A DNA stretch of 63,004 nucleotides, the filler included, from Reclinomonas americana ATCC 50394 (Eukaryota), in the NCBI GenBank assembly GCA_048213135.1. It is 7 parts of 4 records of this genome, joined end to end, with 100 filler letters (N's around TTAATTAATTAA, not from the genome) between each part and the next. Parts side by side here need not be neighbours in the genome. Positions count along the whole stretch, not along the records: positions 46,655 to 58,809 come from PS015830.1; positions 58,910 to 60,346 come from PS015831.1; positions 60,447 to 63,004 come from PS015831.1; 4 more parts are not named here. One strand, given 5' to 3'. The notes beneath the pieces are model-generated. The model saw only the letters and a list, made by a program, of their open reading frames with translations. It was not told the origin of the DNA and did no database searches. A program made the translations under genes and the position numbers. This document shows positions 52,946 through 63,004 of the stretch, in pieces. Position 1 is the stretch's first letter; the number at the start of each line of letters is the position of its first letter.

Positions 52946-53555
52946 ATGAACGCCGCCGTGCGCCGAGTGCTCTTCCTCTCGCGACGCAATGTCGCCTTCT
53001 TCTCTGACTCAGCAGCGGCCGCACCTCCTCCGCCAAAGCGCGCCGATCTGCCTCGAGTTGCACAACTGATGCACACTGTCACTGCCTCACTCTCTCTCAC
53101 ACATTGCGCGCACAGGTGGCTGCTCGGCAACCTGTGGAGATGCACTTGGAGAGCGGCAAGACCTTCTCGTGGTGTGCATGCGGACTGAGCAAGAAGAACG
53201 TTGCGTGTGCATGTCAGTGTGCGCGATTTTTGCAAGTCAACTCAATCGCTCTCTTCTTGTGCAGCCTCAATGCGGTCTGTCTATGTTGGACGCACAAAAA
53301 GAGCAATGCATCACTCGCTCGCTCACTCACTCACTCGGGTGCACAGATGGATCGCACAAAGGCACTGGATTCAAGCCGGTGCGCATCACACCGGGACCCG
53401 AATCGTTTCGTCCTTGCCCACCTCCTCCTCCTCCTCATGTCTTCCTCGCACTCAAAATTGCGCACCACAGAGGCGTTCCAGAGGATGTGTGGCTCTGCAA
53501 CTGCAAGCGCACCAAGACGCCGCCGTTCTGCGACGGCTCGCACAATCAACTGTGA
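52946..53555 (+). CDS. CISD3: Mitochondrial two-CDGSH iron-sulfur protein (CISD3/MiNT)
   Basis: Presequence; spliced WCACGLSKKNPQCDGSH and WLCNCKRTKTPPFCDGSH. Confidence 0.92.
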
Positions 53556-54609
53556 AGCGCATGAAATGTGACGCGAGTTGTCTTGTATACCATCATCATT
53601 AGGTGCACGTAGGGATAGGCAAAACACGGATATGTGAGAAACAACAACAACAACAACAGAGGAGAAGGAGATGTAGTCTAGGAGAGAGTGTTTTCTANNN
53701 NNNNNNNNNNNNNNNNNNNNNNNNNNNNNNNNNNNNNNNNNNNNNNNNNNNNNNNNNNNNNNNNNNNNNNNNNNNNNNNNNNNNNNNNNNNNNNNNNNNN
53801 NNNNNNNNNNNNNNNNNNNNNNNNNNNNNNNNNNNNNNNNNNNNNNNNNNNNNNNNNNNNNNNNNNNNNNNNNNNNNNNNNNNNNNNNNNNNNNNNNNNN
53901 NNNNNNNNNNNNNNNNNNNNNNNNNNNNNNNNNNNNNNNNNNNNNNNNNNNNNNNNNNNNNNNNNNNNNNNNNNNNNNNNNNNNNNNNNNNNNNNNNNNN
54001 NNNNNNNNNNNNNNNNNNNNNNNNNNNNNNNNNNNNNNNNNNNNNNNNNNNNNNNNNNNNNNNNNNNNNNNNNNNNNNNNNNNNNNNNNNNNNNNNNNNN
54101 NNNNNNNNNNNNNNNNNNNNNNNNNNNNNNNNNNNNNNNNNNNNNNNNNNNNNNNNNNNNNNNNNNNNNNNNNNNNNNNNNNNNNNNNNNNNNNNNNNNN
54201 NNNNNNNNNNNNNNNNNNNNNNNNNNNNNNNNNNNNNNNNNNNNNNNNNNNNNNNNNNNNNNNNNNNNNNNNNNNNNNNNNNNNNNNNNNNNNNNNNNNN
54301 NNNNNNNNNNNNNNNNNNNNNNNNNNNNNNNNNNNNNNNNNNNNNNNNNNNNNNNNNNNNNNNNNNNNNNNNNNNNNNNNNNNNNNNNNNNNNNNNNNNN
54401 NNNNNNNNNNNNNNNNNNNNNNNNNNNNNNNNNNNNNNNNNNNNNNNNNNNNNNNNNNNNNNNNNNNNNNNNNNNNNNNNNNNNNNNNNNNNNNNNNNNN
54501 NNNNNNNNNNNNNNNNNNNNNNNNNNNNNNNNNNNNNNNNNNNNNNNNNNNNNNNNNNNNNNNNNNNNNNNNNNNNNNNNNNNNNNNNNNNNNNNNNNNN
54601 NNNNNNNNN

Positions 54610-57273
54610 GCCGCCGCTACGGCCGCCGCTGCCACCACCGTCCGCTCGCTCCTTGACAACGTTCAAGCCGGGTGTGCCGCGCAGACCCATCTTGCCCACA
54701 GTCTTGGTGAGGATCTCGGGCGGTCCAGGCAAACCTGCACACGCATCGAAATGAGCAGAGGAACAGCGAGCAGCGAGCAGCGGAGCACCAACACACCATG
54801 AATCTCGGCAAAGTAGTTGGCCCACTGTGTGAGTCGAGGTGGTGCGTGTGTGAGTGAGTGAGAGAGAGAACGATACTGCAACACAGAACTTCTCCTACAG
54901 CACCAACCTTGACGAGGTTCTCCTTGTCCCATCCAACACGGCGCAGGGCTCCATTGTAGTAGCCCAACCACGCCTGGTATGCACGCGAGGCGCTGTCGTT
55001 CAGCTCGGAACGGCTGTCGGCCACCTGGCGCAACACTCCGGCAATGCGGCTCCTGTGGGAAACAGTGAGCGACTCAGAATGCGCTCCTTTCTTTCTCTCT
55101 ACACGCAACTGGAATCCAGCATCGCTGCCCGGCATTGGCGACTCGGTGAGCGGCAAGTCACGCACCTCGCGCAAGAACGAATCCTCGAAGGGCGCCAGCA
55201 CCAGCACACCACGTCCCTCCTTGCCGGCACGAGCCGTGCGGCCGAGGCGATGAATGTACTGGGCGCGGTCCGACGGCAGACCCACCTGGATCACACACGA
55301 CACGTCGGGGTAGTCCATACCACGAGCGGAGACGTCGCTGGAGAACATGACCATGTTGGTGCCCTCGCGGAACGTCTGCGACGTCTGTTCCGACAAAGGA
55401 AGCAAGTCAACACAGTGCAGGGGATCTTACGTTTTTTTCGCAAAAGAAAACAAACCTTCGTGCGGTACGACTGCGACTTGCGCGAGTGAATCTCGAGCAC
55501 CGGCAGCTTCAGCTCGTTGAAGAGCGCCGCGTAGAACGCCGTGTGGTTGGCGGTCGGGAAGAACACCATGATCTTGTAGTCCGGCAGCTCCATCTCCTCC
55601 TGCACGAGGCAGTAGAGGGTCTCCAGCTGCGCCTCGAGCGGCACAATCATGAACTGCTGCTGCACTTGCACATTGGTGTTGACGTCGTCCTTGATCGTGT
55701 CGATCTTGACGTGGTTCGAGCGCAGCGCCTCGTGAGCCACCTGTCGCACCTCCTGCGGGATGGTGGCCGAGAAGAGCATTGTCTGGCGCTCCGCCGGCAA
55801 GAAGCTCAGGATCTTCTCGATCGACGGTCGGAAACCCTGTGCCACGCAAAAATGGTCAGCGCACTCGTTCAGGGGGCAGAGGGAGCACCCAAGTGAACGT
55901 GCCATCTCCAGCAGCTGATCTGCCTCGTCGAGAATGAGCACGGAAATGCCCTGCAGGCGATCGGCCACGTTGCGGGTGTTTTCCAAGTGGTCAATCAGAC
56001 GGCCGGGAGTGGCCACGAGAATGTCGCAGCCCGAGTTGAGGTTGGTCACGTCGCGCGACATGTTGGTGCCGCCAAACACCACCTGCACCTTGTACGGGTG
56101 GAAACGCAACAGCATCTCCGCCTCCTTGGCAATCTGCTGCGCCAGCTCACGTGTCGGCGACAACACCAGAGTCTGCGACACAAAAACACACCGAGCCATT
56201 TCAGTCTTGTTGCACAAACAGGAGGGACGGGGGAGCAAGGCATGTGCACCTGGATGGCGGCGCGCACTCGCGGCGGGCTGCGCATCATGGTCTCAATGGC
56301 CGGGATGAGGAAGCCCAGCGTCTTGCCAGTGCCCGTCTTGGCCTTGGCCAGCACATCGATACCTACGCACGACAATGAGCCACAACTCCCCTGCTCGTTC
56401 CCTCCAACACACTCACCGCGTGCGGCCGGCTCAATGGTCATGGCCTGCACATGCGTCATGAGCTCGTAGCCAAACACCTCGGCCACGGCACGACGCGACT
56501 TCTCCGAGATGATCTGCACACCATTCACAGTGAGTCGCCAACCAGTGGTCTCCTCCACACACACACAAGCACGGCTCACCGTGCAATCCGCAAAGCGATG
56601 CTCCGACAGCGCATTCGACGTGGTGCTCGACACGAAACGCGCAGGCGGTGCAGCCGCAGAGCCAGCCGCAGCCGAGGCCGGACGCGGCTGCTGCTGCTTT
56701 GCCTGTTGCTGCACTCCACTGCCCGAGGCAGCCGAGGCCGGTCGCGGCTGTCGTCCACCTCGCGCAGGCGGAGGAGCCTCGTCGACCTCCATGGAGGCGG
56801 CCGCAGTCACAGTTGACTGCTGCGCCATGGGGCACTCGCGCTTGAAGTGATCCGTGGCGCCGCACACGTGGCATCCACCAGGTGCGCCACCAGCAGCACG
56901 ACGACGACGCGCGCCTCCATTGGCAGCAGGGGCCGCAGCACCAGAGCCACTGGCGACTGTGAGGCATGCAATGAGTGACAACTCCACTGGTGCACAACTG
57001 CCGCACATAGTAGATACCTGAGGGCACCTCGTCCTCACCACCAGCCGCATCGTCGCCTGTGTGTATGTGCGACACACACACACAAAGAAAGAGTTTGCTT
57101 TTTTTGGCGCGCGCGTTTGTGTGCATGTGCATCAACACCAACAAACCTGCACCACCACGACTTCCGCCACGACGCCTGCGTTTTCTTGGCTGCGGGCTGC
57201 TCGTCTCCAGACCTTCTCCGTGGCGCTTTTGCGGAAGACCGCCGTTGCGCGAGTGTGCCTCAGCTCGATCCAT
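54610..57273 (-). CDS. DEAD-box RNA helicase (Mss116/RH25-31-like) with CCHC zinc knuckle; 3' end in gap
   Basis: AKTGTGKT, PTRELA, TPGRL, DEAD, SAT, SARGMD, HRLGRTAR, AYQAWLGYY; knuckle CHVCGATDHFKREC. Confidence 0.93.
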
Positions 57274-57465
57274 TTGTGGGCGTGATGAATATGCTATCGT
57301 CGTCTCCCGCAAATTCCACCGTGTACGGTACGACGTCGGTTTTCACTCACGTGCACAACTTGTTTCTTGCAACCGATACACATAACGACTCGGATTACTC
57401 GGATTACGGCCTTGACCGCCCGCCGCTTTCATTTTTAAACTGCACAGCTGCTTACTTGTACCTTC

Positions 57466-58544
57466 TCATAGCTCCATCAACCCGATTCCGTAGTGCTTGC
57501 CCACTGCCCAGCGCTGCGAGCCGACCGCCCGTCGACAATGCAACAGCGACGAGTACTCGACTCCGTAGATGCGGTCGTGGAAGCTGACGTCGGTGTGTGC
57601 TGACCAGCCGGATAGTGCGTGGCCGTGTGTCACCACGAGTACGGCTCCCTTGCCGGCGTGCGCGCGGGCCAGTCGTTCCACGGCTTGTACGTAGCGCCGG
57701 TATGCGTCGTGCAGCTCTTCGGTGTGTTGCGGCCGTGGTTGCGAGTGGTCGAATTCGAGCACCACTCCCGCGCCACGGTCGGTGACCAATGTGTTGAGTT
57801 CGTCAGGCTCCGACAGCATGTAGTTTGCCGGGACCTTGGTGACGCGCTCGTTGAGCATCTCGCCGACTTGCGGATCAATGATAATCGAGCTTATGCCGAG
57901 CACCGTGGCCACAGCGGCGGCCGTCTCGGCGCACCGCAAAAACGGCGACGACACGATGCATGCGATGCGCGGCAAGTCGACCCCGTTGAACCACGGGGCG
58001 AGGTAGTCCCGCGCCACTTGCAGCGCCAACTCGTGGCCTCGCTCACTGAGCGGAGTATCCCACGGCCTGCTCCCGCAAAAACGCACTCGTGAGGTGTGAG
58101 CAGAAAGTTCCGGGAAGAAACAGCGCGCGCTCACCGAGCAGCAGAGCGCGTCCAATCCGCATCGACATCGTCCAGGCGCTCGCTGTGTCGCATCAGAATC
58201 ACATGCTCCTGTGCCGGGGCGCCAGCAGTGACAGCCGCCACGGCGCCAGTGTGCGGTGGCAATGGCGGATGTGACGACACGACCGGTGCGAAACCCGGCG
58301 GCGGCGGTGATACATACGGTGACAAGGAAACAGAGCGAATGGGAACCGCGGGTGGCGGAGGCATTGCTGAACCCGCCGACGCAGACGCCGACCTGTGGCG
58401 ACAGCGACAGCGGACAACAGCGAGTCAGCAATCGAGCTCGAGAAAAGTGAGAAGAGATGTACTGGCGGACAACATGCAAAAAACGGAACACGCACCGCTG
58501 CACAGTCACCGCCGGCAGTACTGGCGATAGAGGTGGTCTTCCAT
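57466..58544 (-). CDS. Histidine phosphatase (phosphoglycerate mutase-like) family protein
   Basis: ILMRHSERLD, PWDTPLSERG, SSPFLRCAETA, LVVTHG. Confidence 0.88.
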
Positions 58545-58967
58545 ACAGATCCACTCTGTGACACAAGCAGCGTGATGATGAATGATGATGAATGAATGAA
58601 TGAATGATGAGCGGCCAAACCTGTCAAGCGCGGCTGCTGGTGGATGTGAGGGCAGAGAACTGGGTGTTTACACAAGCAGGTGAGACCCAGCACCACTCGC
58701 CACGCTCATGTGAGGTACATGCGCACGCACCTCCTCTCATCATCGGGCAACGATCCCGCCGCACTCCCCGGCGAAGCTCGACTGCGCGCCACACACACAC
58801 ACACACACANNNNNNNNNNNNNNNNNNNNNNNNNNNNNNNNNNNNNNNNNNNNTTAATTAATTAANNNNNNNNNNNNNNNNNNNNNNNNNNNNNNNNNNN
58901 NNNNNNNNNGACGGCCCCCGACTCGCTCATCGCTGCATACATTCTCACACACGTGCTCTTCGCACAG

Positions 58968-59105
58968 GAGAAACAACTGCCACGAAAGGGCAAGGACATT
59001 CTGTGCGACGAGGCGCTGGAGAGGTTGTTCAGTCGCAAAAAGATCACGCACTTCAACATGAACAAGTTCCTGTCGGCACACATCCTACCGCTGGACGAGT
59101 CATGA
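58968..59105 (+). CDS. Last exon of a SWIB/MDM2-domain protein (5' part in gap)
   Basis: After a CAG acceptor: EKQLPRKGKDILCDEALERLFSRKKITHFNMNKFLSAHILPLDES-TGA. Not present in the ORF track. Confidence 0.75.
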   Translation, partial: EKQLPRKGKDILCDEALERLFSRKKITHFNMNKFLSAHILPLDES

Positions 59106-59698
59106 AGTGCACGGAGAAACCCTCCTGTCCCCGCCCTGTTCTTCACCAAATGAATTGCATGTTCTCGATACACGCCGGCAATTGTGCTTTGTTTGCTTTG
59201 CGCGCCACCAAAATGAAACGGTGATGGGTGATGTGACTATTTTTTGCAGGGGGGAAGGAGTGTATGCAGACCCACAACCGAGACCAAAACGGCACATATC
59301 AACGACAGAAAAGCAAGAGAAACAATCTACAGCAGAGACCGTCAGCTCTCAACGTGGCGCCGACGCCGCCGACGACACAAGCGGATAGGAGCCTCGTCGC
59401 AGGTCGGCAAAAGGCACCAGAAAAGAGAAGACAGCAAGGGGAAGAGGGAGAGAGAGAGAAATATACACACACAGAGAGAGACACACACACACACAGACAC
59501 ACAACAACAAGGAGAAAAACAGGAGGGCTTCACCAACGGCTCATCATAATCATCTGCATCGGCGCGCCAGCGGTAAACAGAGCATGGCGGAAATGTAGAC
59601 GATCGGCGGCGGCGGACGACACAGACGAGTACGACAAAGCGGCGTATGGCGAGGGGAGGCGCGGCGGTAGTTGGCGACGGTGGGCAACAACTACTGGA

Positions 59699-60318
59699 TT
59701 AGTTGTCGACATCGAGCGACACGCCGTAGCCGTGCGAGCGGTTGATGGCGTTGGCCTTGAGGGTGACACCGGCGTTGACGTTGCGGAAGAGGCGGGAGTT
59801 GAGCTGGACGGCCACATCGCCGGTCGGGATGGAGCCCGAGGCGCGGACCTGGTAGGTGGTCGGCGATGCCACAAAGTTGACACCGATGTCGACCTTCGGC
59901 TTCTTCTCCGTCAGGCTGAACGAGGCAATGCCCGACACAGTCGCCTTGTCGTGGACCTTGCTGGCAATACCCAGGCTGAGGGTGTCCAACTTCTGGGTCG
60001 CAGCCACACCGACCACCACGCGGTCGCGGCTGTAGCCAAGCGCCAACTCGTAGTCATCCACCGCCGCGAAGCTGCTCTTCTTGTCGGTGGCCTTGGCGGC
60101 CTTGTCGTCGCCGAGCGTCGACTTGACCACAACACGACCGCCGAGCGCGAAGCCCGACTGCTGCGCCACCGCCGAGAGATCGGCCTTGACGCCCTGGCCG
60201 AACGGGTACTCAAACGCCGCCGTGGCAGTCACGTTGCGGAACTTGAAGTCGATGCTCGACTTGACAGTGGTGTCGCACTTGTCGAAACCGTGCTCCGCGC
60301 TCGCCTTGATGGTCGAGT
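59699..60318 (-). CDS. Eukaryotic porin (VDAC-like), C-terminal part
   Basis: Alternating amphipathic beta strands (DYELALGYS, KVDIGVNF) ending in the beta-signal-like HGYGVSLDV. Confidence 0.7.
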
Positions 60319-60523
60319 CTGTGCGTGTGTCGAGAGGCGCGCGTGTNNNNNNNNNNNNNNNNNNNNNNNNNNNNNNNNNNNNNNNNNNNNTTAATTAATT
60401 AANNNNNNNNNNNNNNNNNNNNNNNNNNNNNNNNNNNNNNNNNNNNCCCCTTCTCCCTCCCTCTTCTCCCTTCTCCCCCCTCCCTCCTCCCTCCTCCCTT
60501 CTCACTTCTCCTCCCCTCTTCAG

Positions 60524-61693
<1,170 letters not shown>

Positions 61694-61776
61694 TCTTCTT
61701 CCTCTCCCCGACTCTCTGTCGTGTTCCCGAAGATAAAACGTCGTTCATTTGCATTGTGCTGTCCTGCTGCTTCCAA

Positions 61777-62795
61777 ATGCTTTCATCACTGCGAGCGCTG
61801 CCACGCAGCCTGGTGCACGCCTGCACTGTGCGACTGCCTGCACCACTGGCAAGCAGCGGCAGCAGCAGCAGCATCCGACCCATTCCATCGCTGCTCATCG
61901 CTGCACCATCGCCTCCTCGCATCGCATCTCCCGTGCTGCTCCGTGTGTTCTCCACGCAGTCGCCCCCGCCCGCTCCCTCACCTCCGCCTCCCGAAGATGC
62001 CGCAGAGTCGCCCGGTGACTCCTCCATATGGACACTGCCCAACGCCATCACCCTCGGTCGCATCGCTCTCACGCCGCTCATTGGATGGTGCGTGTTGCAC
62101 GACAAGTTTGTGGCCGCAGCCGCCGGCTTTGTCGCTGCGGGAGTGTCGGACTATGTTGCGTGCATCCTCATCCTCATCATCATCAGCAGGCGCACACGTG
62201 TGCATTGCTCACTGTGTGTATACGCGCATAAGATTGACGGCTATGTGGCCAAGAGATTCAACATGAAGAGCATCCTCGGTTCCTACTTGGACCCGCTGGC
62301 CGACAAGGTGCTCGTGTCGACGTTGACGCTGTCGCTGGCGTTTGCCGGCATCTTGCCGGGCTTGTTGGTGTTTGTCATTGTCGGTCGCGATGTGCTGCTC
62401 ATTGCCGGAACGGCGATTCTGCGATACACCACCATGCCGCGACCTGTTGCGTGATCCATCCTCTTGTCATTACCCCCTCCTGTTGTGGTCTCACTCTCTT
62501 CGGTGCGCAGGTCACGCTGAAACGCTTCTTCCAAGTCTCCGATGTCAAGGCATTCGAGATCCGACCGACGTGGTTGAGCAAGATGAACACGGCGGGCCAG
62601 CTCATGCTGGTCGCTGTCGCGCTGCTGCACGGCGCCACGGGTCTCACAGTGCCGCCACCAGCGGTGCTGACGGCCGCCGGCTGGGCCGTCGGCATCACCA
62701 CCTTTGCCTCTGGGTGGGACTACCTCACCATCAGCACGGGTGTGCGCACGCTGAGAAAAGCACCACCACCGCCGACTCCACCAGCACCCAGTTGA
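61777..62795 (+). CDS. CRLS1: Cardiolipin synthase (CDP-alcohol phosphatidyltransferase type)
   Basis: Presequence, [59 protein letters not shown]. Confidence 0.9.
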
Positions 62796-63004
62796 TCGAC
62801 CCCTAATGCACCACAGCAAAAACGTACTATTGCGGTTGATATTTGCAAGGCTATCTTCTTCACACAGCATATGTTTTGCAGCTCACGTCGAGAAGAGCGA
62901 GCGAGAGCATTTTCTACGACACGGAGGAGAACAAAAACAACAACGACCACCACCACCACCACCACCGTTCGATCGCACAACTTATTGCGACCCGCTTCCC
63001 GAAG

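Noticed and set aside
59264..60394. Long antisense or N-spanning ORFs in the supplied track (e.g. 376 aa on + opposite the porin; 36931-38091)
   Set aside because: Shadows of GC-rich coding strands or gap read-through, with no recognisable motifs.
26141..60402. TTAATTAATTAA palindromes embedded in N runs (26141, 31692, 35609, 46599, 58854, 60391)
   Set aside because: Artificial six-frame-stop scaffold spacers; they also make adjacency across these joins uncertain.

Overview
Gene-dense eukaryotic (protist-like) nuclear DNA, GC-rich, from a gapped draft assembly with N-runs and artificial TTAATTAATTAA spacers. About 27 intron-rich protein-coding genes were reconstructed by hand, mostly with introns of ~60-90 nt. 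They include UBE4/Ufd2, an F-box/LRR protein, an iso-orotate decarboxylase-like amidohydrolase, a SAYSvFN protein, a DHHC palmitoyltransferase, uridine kinase, a STRA6-like membrane protein, PIG-T, PPP1R21, a carnitine acyltransferase, HemW/RSAD1, the carnitine/acylcarnitine carrier, CISD3, a DEAD-box helicase, a histidine phosphatase, a VDAC-like porin, MetAP2 and cardiolipin synthase. The genetic code is standard. I found no RNA gene, CRISPR array or transposase. The strongest signal is in the splicing code: besides ordinary GTRMGT/GTNNGT donors, about 30 introns begin GTTGCG(T/C), with the conserved G at +6 instead of +5. Conserved protein motifs and a start codon split by an intron fix the cut site in several cases, suggesting a second, register-shifted class of 5' splice sites. 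Gene boundaries are manual inferences without transcript data.
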